64,000 nucleotides of DNA from an uncultured Actinomycetota bacterium (GCA_963746175.1 CAVVAH010000004.1:511567-575566); one strand, 5' to 3'. Positions 1 through 9,770 are shown, numbered from the stretch's first letter. Notes: generated by a model not told the origin, from the sequence alone. Program-made: numbers and translations.

Positions 1-1462
1 GGCCGTGCTCCTCCGCGGTCTTGGCCGTCGCCGGGCCGATGCACGCGATGACGGTCGTCGTGTGCGGCTTGCCCGCGATGCCGACCAGGTTGCGCACCGT
101 CGAGGACGAGGTGAAGACGACGGCGTCGTAGCCGCCGGACTTGATCGCCTCGCGGATCGGCGCGGCCGGCGGGGCGGCGCGCACCGTGCGGTACGCCGTC
201 ACGTCGTCGACCTCCCAGCCGCGCTCGACGAGTCCGGCGACGAGGTTCTCGGTCGCGATGTCGGCCCGCGGCAGGAACACCCGGTCGATCGGGTCGAAGA
301 CCGGGTCGTAGGGCGGCCAGTCCTCCAGCAGCCCGGCGGCCGACTGCTCGCCGCTGGGCACCAGGTCGGGCTTGATGCCCCAGGCCAGCAGGTCGGCGGC
401 GGTCTGCTCGCCGACGGTGGCGACCTTGATGCCGGCGAACGCGCGGGCGTCCAGGCCGTACTCCTCGAACCGCTCGCGCACGGCCTTGACGGCGTTGCGC
501 GAGGTGAAGGCGACCCACTCGTAGCGGCCGGTGACCAGGCCCTTGATGGCCCGCTCCATCTGCTGCGGGGTGCGCGGCGGCTCGACCGCGATGGTCGGGA
601 CCTCTTCGGGGACCGCGCCGGCGGCGCGCAGCTTCTCGGACAGCTGGCCGGCCTGCTCCTTGGTGCGAGGCACGAGCACCCGCCAGCCGAACAGCGGCTT
701 GGTCTCGAACCACGACAGCTGCTCGCGCATGGTGACGGTGTCGCCGACGACGGTGATGGTCGGCGGCGCCAGCTTGGCGGCCTTCACGTCGGCGGCGATC
801 CGCTCGAGGGTGGACGTGACGGTGCGCTGCTCGGTGGTGGTGCCGAGCTGGGTCATGGCGACCGGGGTCTCCGGCGAGCGGCCCGCGGCGATCAGGGCCT
901 TCGCGACGTCGCCGATCACCTTGGTGGCCGACAGCAGCACCAGCGTGGCCGTGCCCTGACCGAGGGACGACCAGTCGACGCTGCCCTCGGCGACGTTGAC
1001 CACCCGCACCTCGCGGTGCTTCGCGGACGTCAGCGGGATGCCGGCGTACGCCGGGACCGCGGCGATCGACGAGACGCCGGGCACGACCTCGAACTCGATG
1101 CCGGCCTTGGCGCAGCCGGCCGCCTCCTCGGAGCCGGTGGCGTAGAGGAAGGGGTCGCCGTCGAGCAGCCGGACGACGAGGCCGCCGGACTTGGCGGCCT
1201 TGACGACGAGGCGGGCTCGCACGGCGTGGCTCAGGGGCTGGCCGTCGTCACCGAGCGAGCCGTCGACGACCTCGACGTCGGGCCGGCAGAACCGCCGGAC
1301 GAACGCCGCGTCCTGCGACTCGGTGACCACGACGTCGGCCCGGGCGAGCAGGTCGACGGCACGGACCGTCAGCAGCTCCGGGTCACCGGGGCCGGCGCCG
1401 ACGAAGGCAACGCTGCCGATCGGCTTGACGGGCTTCTTCTTGGCGGAGTTCGGGCGGGTCAC
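1..1462 (-). CDS. hemD: Bifunctional uroporphyrinogen-III C-methyltransferase/synthase (CobA-HemD), 3' end off-window
   Basis: Manual translation from GTG at 1462 (overlaps hemC stop) gives MTRPNSAKKKPVKPIGSVAFVGAGPGDPELLTVRA, the tetrapyrrole methylase motif. It follows hemC as in the actinobacterial hemACD operon. Not in the ORF track because it runs off the edge. Confidence 0.9.
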   Translation of the reverse strand, partial: MTRPNSAKKKPVKPIGSVAFVGAGPGDPELLTVRAVDLLARADVVVTESQDAAFVRRFCRPDVEVVDGSLGDDGQPLSHAVRARLVVKAAKSGGLVVRLLDGDPFLYATGSEEAAGCAKAGIEFEVVPGVSSIAAVPAYAGIPLTSAKHREVRVVNVAEGSVDWSSLGQGTATLVLLSATKVIGDVAKALIAAGRSPETPVAMTQLGTTTEQRTVTSTLERIAADVKAAKLAPPTITVVGDTVTMREQLSWFETKPLFGWRVLVPRTKEQAGQLSEKLRAAGAVPEEVPTIAVEPPRTPQQMERAIKGLVTGRYEWVAFTSRNAVKAVRERFEEYGLDARAFAGIKVATVGEQTAADLLAWGIKPDLVPSGEQSAAGLLEDWPPYDPVFDPIDRVFLPRADIATENLVAGLVERGWEVDDVTAYRTVRAAPPAAPIREAIKSGGYDAVVFTSSSTVRNLVGIAGKPHTTTVIACIGPATAKTAEEHG

Positions 1463-2409
1463 TGGACGCGCTCCCACATGAGATCAGCCGCACCTTCGGC
1501 GAGCAGCTCGGTCGCGAGGTCGCGACCGATCCGTGAGGCCTCGCCGAGAGGCCCGGTGGCGGACAGCCGGACCTGCGCGGATCCGTCGACAGCACTGACG
1601 ACGGCACGCAGGTACAGCTCGGGTTCCTCCTCGCCGGGCTCCGGATCGGCGGCTTCGCCGTAGGCCCCGACAGGGGCCGAGCAGCCGGCTTCCAGAGTGG
1701 CGAGCAGGGTTCGCTCGGCATCCACCACGAGCCGGGTCACGGCGTCGTCGAGGGTGGCGAGCAGGTCAAGGGTTGTCGTGCTCGAGGCATCGTGCGCCAT
1801 CAGGCACTCGATCGCCAAAGCGCCCTGGCCAGGGGCGGGGAGCAGCTGGATCGGGTCGAGGGTCTCGGTGACCTCGTCGAGCCGCCCGAGGCGGGCCAGC
1901 CCGGCCCGCGCCAGGACCACGGCGTCGACCGTCCCGTCGGCCACCAGCCGGAGCCGGGTGTCGACGTTGCCGCGGACGTCGACGACCTGGAGACCGAGGC
2001 CGAGCGCGCGCAGCTGGGCCGCCCGGCGGGGCGAGCCGGTGCCGATGGTGGCGCCGGCCGGCAGCTCGCCGAGGGTCAGCCCGTCGCGGGCGATCAGGAC
2101 GTCGCGCGCGTCCTCGCGCAGCGGGACCGCGGCCAGCGCGATCCCCTCCGGCGGTGCCGTCGGGAGGTCCTTGAGCGAGTGCACCGCCAGGTCGACGTCG
2201 CCGGCGAGCAGCGCCTCGCGCAGCGCCGAGACGAAGACGCCGGTGCCGCCGATCTGCGTCAGCGCCTCGCGGGAGGTGTCGCCGTACGTCGTGACCGGGA
2301 CCAGCTCGACGGCGCGGCCGGTGCGGGCGGTGAGGTCGTCGGCGACCCGCTGCGCCTGCGCGGTCGCCAGGGCGCTGCGGCGCGTACCGAGCCGGAGCGG
2401 GGCGGTCAT
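1459..2409 (-). CDS. hemC: Hydroxymethylbilane synthase (porphobilinogen deaminase)
   Basis: C-terminal part of ORF 1459..4419: MTAPLRLGTRRSALA, GVFVSALR, DLAVHSLKD, GTGSPRRAAQL, RGNVDTRL, LEAGCSAPVG. Start overlaps the hemA stop. Confidence 0.97.
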   Translation of the reverse strand: MTAPLRLGTRRSALATAQAQRVADDLTARTGRAVELVPVTTYGDTSREALTQIGGTGVFVSALREALLAGDVDLAVHSLKDLPTAPPEGIALAAVPLREDARDVLIARDGLTLGELPAGATIGTGSPRRAAQLRALGLGLQVVDVRGNVDTRLRLVADGTVDAVVLARAGLARLGRLDEVTETLDPIQLLPAPGQGALAIECLMAHDASSTTTLDLLATLDDAVTRLVVDAERTLLATLEAGCSAPVGAYGEAADPEPGEEEPELYLRAVVSAVDGSAQVRLSATGPLGEASRIGRDLATELLAEGAADLMWERVQ

Positions 2410-3716
2410 CACTGACTCCCCTCGTCGCCGAGGTCGACCGCCGTCATGGCCTCGACGGCCTTGGGGTCGAGGTCGAAGAGCCGGGTCAGCGCGTCGGCGT
2501 AGGCCTGGCCGCCGGGCTCCTCGGCGAGCTGCTTCACCCGGACCGTGGGCGCGTGCAGCAGCTTGTCGACGACCCGCGAGACGGTCTGCTCGAACTCGGC
2601 GCTCGCCTTGGCGTCGAGGTCGGGCAGCCGGCCGGCGAGACGGACCAGCTCGGCCTGCACGACGGCGTCGGCCATCGCGCGGAGCGCCACCACGGTGGGC
2701 GCGACGCTGACCGCGCGCTGCCAGCCGAGGAAGGCGGCGACCTCCTCCGCGACGATCTCGCGGGTGGCCTCCACGTCGGCGGCGTGCTCGCTGGTGGCCA
2801 GCGCCGACGCCAGCGTCTCGAGGTCGACGACGGTCACGCCGTCGAGGTCGTGTGCGGCCGGATCGACGTCGCGGGGCAGCGCGAGGTCGAGGACGACGAG
2901 CGGACGGCCCGAGCGACCTGACAGCGGCGCGAGCAGGTCGGCGTCCAGCACGTGGCCGACGGCGCCGGTGCAGGAGACGACGAGGTCGGCCTCGGCGAGG
3001 GCGGCAGGCAGCTCGGACAGCGGCCGGGCCTGCGCGCCGAGCGAGGCGGCCAGCCGCTCGGCCCGGTCGAAGGTGCGGTTGGCCACCACGACCCGAGCCG
3101 CACCGGACTGCGTGACGACGGTGGCGGCCAGGGCGCTCATCGCCCCGGCGCCGACGACGAGCACGGACAGCCCGTCGAGATGGCCCAGGAGGGCGGTCGC
3201 CTGCTCGAGACCGGCCGTGACGAGCGAGCGCCCGGCCCGGTCGATGCCGGTCTCCGTGCGGGCCCGCTTGCCGACGCGCAGCGCCTGCTGCACGAGAGCA
3301 CCGAGCTGCCCGCCGACGGTGCCGTGGTCCTGTGCGGTGCGCAGGCCGGCCCGGACCTGGCCGAGGATCTGGCTCTCGCCGACGACCATCGAGTCCAGCC
3401 CGCAGGCGACCGAGAACAGGTGCGCCACGGCGCGGTCCTCGTAGTGCACGTAGAGGTGCGGGGTGAGCTCCTCGAGGTCCACCCCGGCCTGGCGCGCCAG
3501 CAGCTCGGACACCTGCGCGAGCCCGCCGTGGAACTTGTCGACCTCGGCGTAGACCTCGACCCGGTTGCAGGTGGAGAGCACCATCGCCTCGCTGGCGTGG
3601 TCGCTCACGGCCACGTCCTCGAGCAGCTTGGCCACGGCGTCCGGAGCGAGGACGACCCGCTCCAGCAGCTCGACCGGCGCGGTGCGGTGGGACAGCCCGA
3701 CCACCAAGGTGCTCAT
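2409..3716 (-). CDS. hemA: Glutamyl-tRNA reductase
   Basis: GLSHRTAP, LSTCNRVEVY, GLDSMVVGESQILGQ, VGAGAM and NRT motifs. Confidence 0.97.
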   Translation of the reverse strand: MSTLVVGLSHRTAPVELLERVVLAPDAVAKLLEDVAVSDHASEAMVLSTCNRVEVYAEVDKFHGGLAQVSELLARQAGVDLEELTPHLYVHYEDRAVAHLFSVACGLDSMVVGESQILGQVRAGLRTAQDHGTVGGQLGALVQQALRVGKRARTETGIDRAGRSLVTAGLEQATALLGHLDGLSVLVVGAGAMSALAATVVTQSGAARVVVANRTFDRAERLAASLGAQARPLSELPAALAEADLVVSCTGAVGHVLDADLLAPLSGRSGRPLVVLDLALPRDVDPAAHDLDGVTVVDLETLASALATSEHAADVEATREIVAEEVAAFLGWQRAVSVAPTVVALRAMADAVVQAELVRLAGRLPDLDAKASAEFEQTVSRVVDKLLHAPTVRVKQLAEEPGGQAYADALTRLFDLDPKAVEAMTAVDLGDEGSQ

Positions 3717-4453
3717 TTCCCGACCGCCTTCGCGAGGTCGGGGGTGAGGTCGGGCGACACCTTGCGCTGCTCGTGGAAGGCCAGGATCTGCAGCTCGATG
3801 GACATGTCGACCTTGCGGACCTCGACGTGGTCGGGAACCACGAGGACGCTCGGCGCGAAGTTGAGGACGCTGCCGACTCCGGCGGCGACCAGCCGGTCGC
3901 AGACCTCCTGGGCGACGGTGGCCGGGGTGGTGATGACGCCGATGGCGACGCCGAGCGACGAGACCACCTGCTCGAGGCGGTCGAGCGGCTCCACGACCAG
4001 GCCGCCGACCTCGGTGCCGACGATCGCCGGGTCGTTGTCGACGAGCGCGCGGATCGCGAAGCCGCGGGACGTGAAGCCGCCGTAGTTGGCCAGCGCGTGC
4101 CCGAGGTGGCCGAGCCCGACGATGACGACCGGCCAGTCCTGGGTGAGGCCGAGCTCGCGGGACACCTGGTAGACGAGGTAGTCGACGTCGTAGCCGACGC
4201 CGCGGGTGCCGTACGAGCCCAGGTAGGAGAGGTCCTTGCGCAGCTTGGCCGAGTTGACGCCGGCGGCCGCGGCGAGGGCCTCGGAGCTGACGGTCGAGAC
4301 GCCCTCGTCGCCGAGCGTGCCGAGGGCGCGGAGGTAGATCGGGAGCCGGGCGACGGTGGCCTCGGGGATGCCCTGGCGGCCGTGACGCCGCTGCCCGTCG
4401 CGCACCGGGCGCGCGCCACCGGGGCGCGGCGCGTGCACGTCAGGGCTGGTCAC
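3713..4453 (-). CDS. rex: Redox-sensing transcriptional repressor Rex
   Basis: IPEATVARLPIYLR, LRKDLSYLGSYGTRGVGY, GLGHLG Rossmann motif, LNFAP. GTG at 4453 has a GGAGG RBS upstream. Confidence 0.95.
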   Translation of the reverse strand: MTSPDVHAPRPGGARPVRDGQRRHGRQGIPEATVARLPIYLRALGTLGDEGVSTVSSEALAAAAGVNSAKLRKDLSYLGSYGTRGVGYDVDYLVYQVSRELGLTQDWPVVIVGLGHLGHALANYGGFTSRGFAIRALVDNDPAIVGTEVGGLVVEPLDRLEQVVSSLGVAIGVITTPATVAQEVCDRLVAAGVGSVLNFAPSVLVVPDHVEVRKVDMSIELQILAFHEQRKVSPDLTPDLAKAVGK

Positions 4454-4506
4454 GGGACTCCCTCCGCCGGTGGTCGTTCCCACCGGCCGCCCGCCAGGCT
4501 AGGCGC

Positions 4507-4524
4507 TTGTGAACGCGAGCACAA
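4507..4524. promoter_or_regulatory. Rex operator (ROP) upstream of rex-hemACD
   Basis: TTGTGAACGCGAGCACAA versus the Rex consensus TTGTGAA-N4-TTCACAA (2 mismatches), about 55 bp upstream of rex. Confidence 0.85.
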
Positions 4525-4570
4525 AGTGAGCGATCTTGACCGCCGGGCGGCGGGTCAGCGGTTCAGCGGG

Positions 4571-4822
4571 TCAGCGGGTGAGGGCGGCCCGGAGGCGGTC
4601 GGCGGACACCCGCCAGAAGTCGTGCTGCTCGCCGTCGACCAGGGTCACCGGGATCTGCTCCCAGTACTGCTCCTCGAGCGCCCGGTCGTCGAGGATGCTC
4701 AGCTCCTCGTACGTCTCCCCCAGCTCGGTGGTCACCCGGGCGACGACCGCCCGGGCCTCGTCGCAGAGATGGCAGCCCGGCTTGCCGATCAGGGTGACCC
4801 GCGGGGTGGCGTCGGCGGTCAT
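4571..4822 (-). CDS. Glutaredoxin-like protein (DUF836 type)
   Basis: KPGCHLCDEA CxxC motif and IPVTLVDG; conserved position upstream of rex/hemA. Confidence 0.9.
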   Translation of the reverse strand: MTADATPRVTLIGKPGCHLCDEARAVVARVTTELGETYEELSILDDRALEEQYWEQIPVTLVDGEQHDFWRVSADRLRAALTR

Positions 4823-6345
4823 CCGAGGCCCTCGACCTCGCGGGCGCGCAGCCGGCCCTTGGCGACCTTGCCGGTGGCCGAGTGCGGCAGCACCGGCACG
4901 AGCGTGACGATGGTCGGCCGCTTGAACCGCGCCAGCCGGGTCGCGGCGTGGGCCGTGACGTCCTCGGCCGTGAGCCCCGACCCCTCGCGGGCGACGACGT
5001 AAGCCTTGACGGCCTCACCGGTGTACGGGTGCGGGACGGCGATCACCGCGACCTCGGCCACGTCGGGATGCACGGCCAGGGCGGCCTCGACCTCGCGCGG
5101 GTAGACGTTGAACCCGCTGACCAGCACCAGCTCCTTGCGGCGGTCGACGAGGAACAGGTCGCCGTCGTCGTCGGCGTACGCCACGTCACCGGTCGCCCAC
5201 CAGCCGTCCGCGTCCGGGCCCTCGGTGCCGTCCGGCCAGTAGCCGGAGAACAGGTTCGCGCCCCGGACCACGATCTCGCCAGGGTCGCCGTCGACGGCCG
5301 CCGAGCCGTCCTCGTCGACCAGCCGGACCTCGACGCCGGGCACCGGCCGGCCGATCGAGCCCGGCTTCACCTCCGGCGCCGCGAGGGTGCTCGAGACCAC
5401 CGGCGCGGTCTCGGTGAGGCCGTAGCCCTCGTGGACGGTGCGGCCCGTCGTGGTCCGCACCTGCTCCTGCACGGCCGGCGGCAGCGGCGAGGCGCCGGAA
5501 GCCAGCAGCCGCACGCCGCGCAGCGCGTCGAGCTGGTCGGCCGCGGTCCACCCGACGTACATGGGCGGCGCCCCCGGCACGTTGGTCACGCCCTCGTCGC
5601 GGACCAGGGCCGCCGTGGCGACCGGGTCGAAGCGCTCCACGAGGACACCCGTGGCGCCGGTGGCGGCGACCATGCCGAGACCGGTGTTGAGGCCGTAGAT
5701 GTGGAACAGCGGCAGCACCAGCAGCACCACGTCGTCCTCGGTCATCGGCGCCGGCTCGAGGCGTCGGCACTGGTCGAGGTTGGCGAGCAGGGCGCGATGG
5801 CTGAGCATCGCCGCCCGCGGCCGGCCGCTCGTGCCGGAGGTGAACATGAGGACGGCGAGCTCCTCGCCGCCGCGACCGACGCCGTCGGCGCGGTGCCCAC
5901 GCCCGGCCGCGGTCACGGAGTCGAGTCCCGCCGGGTCGACCAGCGCGCGGTCGCTCTCGGCCACCGCCTCCTCGGCCACGGTCAGCGTCGCGTCGTCGCA
6001 GAGGACGACGTGCGCGTCGGAGTCGTGCAGCAGCTGCGACACCTCGGGTGCGGTGTAGCCGGTGTTGAGCGGTACGGCGACCAGGCCCGCGCGCAGCACG
6101 GCGAAGTAGGCGGTCACGAAGGCGGGCGTCGACCCCAGCGCCAGGGCGACCCGGTCCCCGGTGTGCAGCCCGAGCTCGGTCCGCAGGCCGACCGCGGTGG
6201 CCTCGACGTCCGCGTCGAGCGCGGCCCAGGTCGTCGTCGTACGGTCGCCCGTCTCGGGCCGGTGCACCAGCGCGACGCTGTCGGGGCGGTGGGCCGCAGC
6301 GGCACGGACGAGGTCCGCGACGTTGGCGCCCTCGGTGCCGGCCAC
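4819..6345 (-). CDS. AMP-binding enzyme (long-chain acyl-CoA synthetase-like)
   Basis: MFTSGTSGRPRAA, GYGLTETAP, WATGD and RKELVLVSGFNVYPRE motifs. The ORF-track N-terminal extension to 7554 is a shadow of opposite-strand genes; the start at 6345 is approximate. Confidence 0.9.
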   Translation of the reverse strand: MAGTEGANVADLVRAAAAHRPDSVALVHRPETGDRTTTTWAALDADVEATAVGLRTELGLHTGDRVALALGSTPAFVTAYFAVLRAGLVAVPLNTGYTAPEVSQLLHDSDAHVVLCDDATLTVAEEAVAESDRALVDPAGLDSVTAAGRGHRADGVGRGGEELAVLMFTSGTSGRPRAAMLSHRALLANLDQCRRLEPAPMTEDDVVLLVLPLFHIYGLNTGLGMVAATGATGVLVERFDPVATAALVRDEGVTNVPGAPPMYVGWTAADQLDALRGVRLLASGASPLPPAVQEQVRTTTGRTVHEGYGLTETAPVVSSTLAAPEVKPGSIGRPVPGVEVRLVDEDGSAAVDGDPGEIVVRGANLFSGYWPDGTEGPDADGWWATGDVAYADDDGDLFLVDRRKELVLVSGFNVYPREVEAALAVHPDVAEVAVIAVPHPYTGEAVKAYVVAREGSGLTAEDVTAHAATRLARFKRPTIVTLVPVLPHSATGKVAKGRLRAREVEGLG

Positions 6346-6381
6346 CGGCGCAGTTTCGCACAGCGGCCCTAGGCTTCGGGC

Positions 6382-7248
6382 ATGGCGGCCGACGGCTCGA
6401 GGCACGACGCGGACGCCGTCGCTGCCGGTCGCGCGTCGGCGGCCGCGGCCGATGTCCAGACCGCCCTGCAGGTGGTGGACGACCCGCACGCCGCGGCGTT
6501 CTTCGACGTCGACAACACCGTCATGCAGGGCGCGTCGATCTTCCACCTGGCGCGCGGCCTCTACCAGCGCGACTTCTTCACGGCCCGCGACATCGGCCGG
6601 TTCGCGTGGCAGCAGGCGAGGTTCCGCGTCGTCGGACGCGAGCACCTCGACGACGTGCACGAGGCCCGCGAGACCGCGCTGTCCTTCGCCGCCGGTCACA
6701 CCGTCGCCGAGCTGACCGTCATCGGCGAGGAGGTCTTCGACGAGGTGATGGCCGCCAAGGTGTGGCCGGGCACCCGGGCGCTGGCCCAGATGCACCTCGA
6801 CGCGGGTCAGCGGGTGTGGCTCGTCACGGCGACACCGGTCGAGGTGGCGACGGTCATCGCGAAGCGGCTCGGGCTCACGGGCGCGCTGGGCACCGTGGCC
6901 GAGACCGAGGACGGGGTCTACACCGGCCGGCTGGTCGGCGAGATCCTGCACGGCGCGGCGAAGGCCGAGGCGGTCACGGCGCTGGCCGAGCGCGAGGGAC
7001 TCGACCTGGCCACCTGCTCGGCGTACTCCGACTCGGCCCACGACATCCCGCTGCTCTCGCTGGTCGGTCACCCGTGCGCGATCAACCCGGACTCGGCGCT
7101 GCGGGCGCACGCCCGGGAGCACGGCTGGCGGGTCCGCGACTACCGCACCGGCCGCAAGGCCGTGAAGTTCGGTGTCCCCACCGCGGCTGCCGTCGGCGCG
7201 CTGGCGGGAGCGATGGCCGCGGCCGGCGCCCGCCGCCGCTCCCGCTGA
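6382..7248 (+). CDS. HAD-IB family hydrolase (SerB1/Rv0505c-like)
   Basis: AFFDVDNT motif [14 protein letters not shown]. Probably leaderless (TAGGCT-N6-ATG). Confidence 0.9.
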   Translation: MAADGSRHDADAVAAGRASAAAADVQTALQVVDDPHAAAFFDVDNTVMQGASIFHLARGLYQRDFFTARDIGRFAWQQARFRVVGREHLDDVHEARETALSFAAGHTVAELTVIGEEVFDEVMAAKVWPGTRALAQMHLDAGQRVWLVTATPVEVATVIAKRLGLTGALGTVAETEDGVYTGRLVGEILHGAAKAEAVTALAEREGLDLATCSAYSDSAHDIPLLSLVGHPCAINPDSALRAHAREHGWRVRDYRTGRKAVKFGVPTAAAVGALAGAMAAAGARRRSR

Positions 7249-7356
7249 CGGCTCTCTGGTGCTCCCGCGGCGTCGTCCGGGGGCTGGCCGACTCGCCATC
7301 GGCCACCCTTCCCGCCGCTCCGGGAGTGAACGGTCGCCACGGAGGGTGAGGAACGC

Positions 7357-7371
7357 CTCGCGCAGAGTGAT
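7357..7371. promoter_or_regulatory. Candidate BldD box upstream of bldN-like gene
   Basis: CTCGCGCAGAGTGAT versus the Streptomyces BldD consensus NTNACNC(A/T)GNGTNAN (1 mismatch). bldN is a known BldD target in Streptomyces. Confidence 0.55.
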
Positions 7372-7519
7372 CGTGGGCCAGAAGGATGGTCCGGGTGGAT
7401 TTGGACCGGATCGGGCGGCAGAGTTACCGTCGAGTAGCCCTCCGAGACGTTCGTCACACCGCCGCCTCGGGTATCTGCCGTCCAGCCTGCCGGTCCACGC
7501 CGCGGAGAAGGGGGACCTC

Positions 7520-8251
7520 GTGCAGCACGTCGCGCGCCGCCCCCGCCTCGCCACGGGGCTGGCCGGGCTGCACGCCCTGGTGCGGCTCGCGGCGGTCGGC
7601 GACGGCGGTGCCCTGGTCGTCGCGATGGCAGGGAGCGGAACGGGGACGCTGCCCGGCAGCCCGGTGGGCGGGTCGGGCCCCGGGCCGGTCGACGACGACC
7701 CCGAGCGGTCGCGGATCGCCGGCCTCGTCGCACTGGCCCAGCAGGGCGACGCCGAGGCCTTCGGGACGGTCTACGACGCGTACGTCGACCAGATCTACCG
7801 CTACCTCTACTACCGCGTCGGGTCGCACGCCCTGGCCGAGGACCTCACCTCCGAGACCTTCCTGCGCGCGCTGCGCCGGATCGACACGTTCACCTACACC
7901 GGCAAGGACATCGGGGCCTGGTTCACGACGATCGCCCGCAACCTGGTCACGGACCACGTGAAGTCCAGCCGCTTCAAGCTGGAGGTCACGACCGCGGACA
8001 TGCTCGACGCCGACCGTGGCGACGACGGCATCGAGCAGCAGGTGCTCGACCGGCTGCAGAGCGCCGCCCTCCTCGACGCGGTCAAGACGCTGAAGCCGGA
8101 GCAGCAGGAGTGCATCGTCCTGCGGTTCCTCCAGGGTCTCAGCGTCGCCGAGACCGCCGGTGTGATGTCGCGTACCGAGGGCGCCGTGAAGCAGCTCCAG
8201 CTGCGCGCGGTCCGCGCCCTGGCCAAGCTCCTCCCGGGGCCGGTCCGATGA
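7520..8251 (+). CDS. bldN: ECF sigma factor, sigma-BldN/AdsA orthologue, with N-terminal extension
   Basis: AQQGDAEAFGTVYDAY, YRYLYYRVG, AEDLTSETFLRALRRI, DHVKSSRFKLEVTT and QQECIVLRFLQGLSVAETA closely match Streptomyces BldN as I recall it. Synteny agrees (between the HAD gene and rsbN). GTG start has a purine-rich RBS. Confidence 0.85.
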   Translation: MQHVARRPRLATGLAGLHALVRLAAVGDGGALVVAMAGSGTGTLPGSPVGGSGPGPVDDDPERSRIAGLVALAQQGDAEAFGTVYDAYVDQIYRYLYYRVGSHALAEDLTSETFLRALRRIDTFTYTGKDIGAWFTTIARNLVTDHVKSSRFKLEVTTADMLDADRGDDGIEQQVLDRLQSAALLDAVKTLKPEQQECIVLRFLQGLSVAETAGVMSRTEGAVKQLQLRAVRALAKLLPGPVR

Positions 8252-8267
8252 TCTCCCGACCGCGCCC

Positions 8268-8295
8268 CGTAACCGCCGTTCCCGGTGGTCGTTGT
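8268..8295 (+). promoter_or_regulatory. Sigma-BldN-type promoter of rsbN-like gene
   Basis: CGTAAC-N16-CGTTGT versus the BldN consensus CGTAAC-N16-CGTTGA, 56 bp before the ATG at 8352. Confidence 0.75.
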
Positions 8296-8351
8296 CAGGG
8301 CGGTCGCAGCACAGGGTGCGGCCGGCGTGACGACCGGAGGGGAGCCGGCAG

Positions 8352-9578
8352 ATGAGCATGATCATGTCGACCCGCCGCCGGCAGGCCGAGGACCTCCAGG
8401 CGCTGCTGGACGGGGGCCGGGCCAGCACCCCCGAGGCCGCCTCCGAGCTGGCCTCCCTCGTCGCCCTGGCCGCCAGACTCGCCCCGTACGACGTCCGGCC
8501 GCGCGCCGACTTCCGCGCCGGGCTGCGCGCGCAGCTGCTCACCGAGGCCGCCGCGCGCGAGCCGGCACCACGTGCCCTCGTCACCGTCGACCGCGAGCGC
8601 CGCAGCGCCGGTCACCGGGTCAAGCAGGCGGTCGCGGCGGTCGCCGTGACCTCGGTGGTCGTCGGAGTCGGCGCCGCTGCTGCCAGCACCCGGGCCCTGC
8701 CCGGCGACACGCTCTACGGCCTCAAGCGCCAGGTCGAGAACGTCCAGCTGACCCTCGCTCAGGGCGACGTGGGCCACGGCCGCGAGCTGCTCGAGCAGGC
8801 CGATGCCCGGCTCGGAGAGGCCGAGGCGCTGGCCGCCGGCGAGGACGGTGCCACGCCGCAGACCCGCGAACGCCTCGCCGGGACGCTCGCCGACATGGAC
8901 GCCGCAGTCAGCGCTGCCGCCGACGACCTGACCCGCGCCTACCGGGAGACCGGTGACGAGGAGCCGCTGCAGCTGCTGGCGCAGTTCGTCGCCGAGCAGC
9001 AGGACCGGCTCGACGACCTGCTGACGCTGCTCGACCCGCAGCTCCGGGACCAGGTCCGGGCCCTGCAGGCCCGTCTCGCCGAGCTCGGCGAGCAGACCTC
9101 GTCGGTGCTCGGCCTCGCCCTCGGGAGGACGTCCGGCACGGGCAGCGGGTCCGGCGGCACCGGCGGCTCGACGCTGGACCGAACCCGCGGCGGCACCGGC
9201 GGCGCACCGGCCGACGGGACGACGGCCGGCGGGGCGTCGGTGCCCGGGGCAGCCGGGGGTGCCGCCGGCGCGGTCGGCGGCGTGGTCGACAGTCTCACCG
9301 GTGGCGGCACGAGCGGTTCCGGCGGCTCGGGCACGTCCGGTGGTACGACGTCCGGCGGCGGCCTGCTCGGCGGGAACGCCACCTCGGCGTCCTCCGCCCC
9401 GCTGCCGAGCAACCCGGTCAGCGCCGTCACCAGCGCGGTGCCGGTGCCGACCCCCACGCCGCTGGTGACCGACCCGGTCTCGGTCGTGACGAGCGCCGTG
9501 CCGCTGCCGTCGATCAGCCCGCTGCCGTCGGTGTCGGTCAGCGCCTGCGTGCCGGTGCCGCCGCTCACCGCCTGCTGA
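8352..9578 (+). CDS. rsbN: Anti-sigma factor RsbN-like membrane protein (DUF5667)
   Basis: Directly downstream of bldN. Has a PRADFRAGLRAQL cytoplasmic part, one TM segment, the ALPGDTLYGLKRQVE motif and a Gly/Ser/Thr/Pro-rich tail. Confidence 0.75.
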   Translation: MSMIMSTRRRQAEDLQALLDGGRASTPEAASELASLVALAARLAPYDVRPRADFRAGLRAQLLTEAAAREPAPRALVTVDRERRSAGHRVKQAVAAVAVTSVVVGVGAAAASTRALPGDTLYGLKRQVENVQLTLAQGDVGHGRELLEQADARLGEAEALAAGEDGATPQTRERLAGTLADMDAAVSAAADDLTRAYRETGDEEPLQLLAQFVAEQQDRLDDLLTLLDPQLRDQVRALQARLAELGEQTSSVLGLALGRTSGTGSGSGGTGGSTLDRTRGGTGGAPADGTTAGGASVPGAAGGAAGAVGGVVDSLTGGGTSGSGGSGTSGGTTSGGGLLGGNATSASSAPLPSNPVSAVTSAVPVPTPTPLVTDPVSVVTSAVPLPSISPLPSVSVSACVPVPPLTAC

Positions 9579-9686
9579 ACCGCCGTTGGCGGCGCGGTCG
9601 GAGCCGCAATGACGGGGACGCGACGCCGTCTTCGTTCCCGCCGTCGATCACTGTCCCCGGTCGTCCACATCGTGGAGTTGACCGCT

Positions 9687-9754
9687 CCACAACAGGCGGA
9701 TGCATGCCGCAACAGGCCGGTCCACCTGTTGCGGGAGCTACTCACCTGTTGTGG
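9687..9754. repeat. Nested inverted repeat between convergent genes (possible bidirectional terminator or REP-like element)
   Basis: CCACAACAGG-N10-CCGCAACAGG-N8-CCTGTTGCGG-N10-CCTGTTGTGG. Confidence 0.8.
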
Positions 9755-9770
9755 TGACGCCGATCTCGGC

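Noticed and set aside
1459-4419. 986-aa ORF suggesting a long protein ending in HemC
   Set aside because: The N-terminal two thirds is an Arg/Pro-rich shadow frame over rex and hemA; hemC starts at 2409.
4819-7554. 911-aa AMP-binding ORF with a long N-terminal extension
   Set aside because: The extension is antisense to the HAD gene; only about 4819..6345 is plausible.
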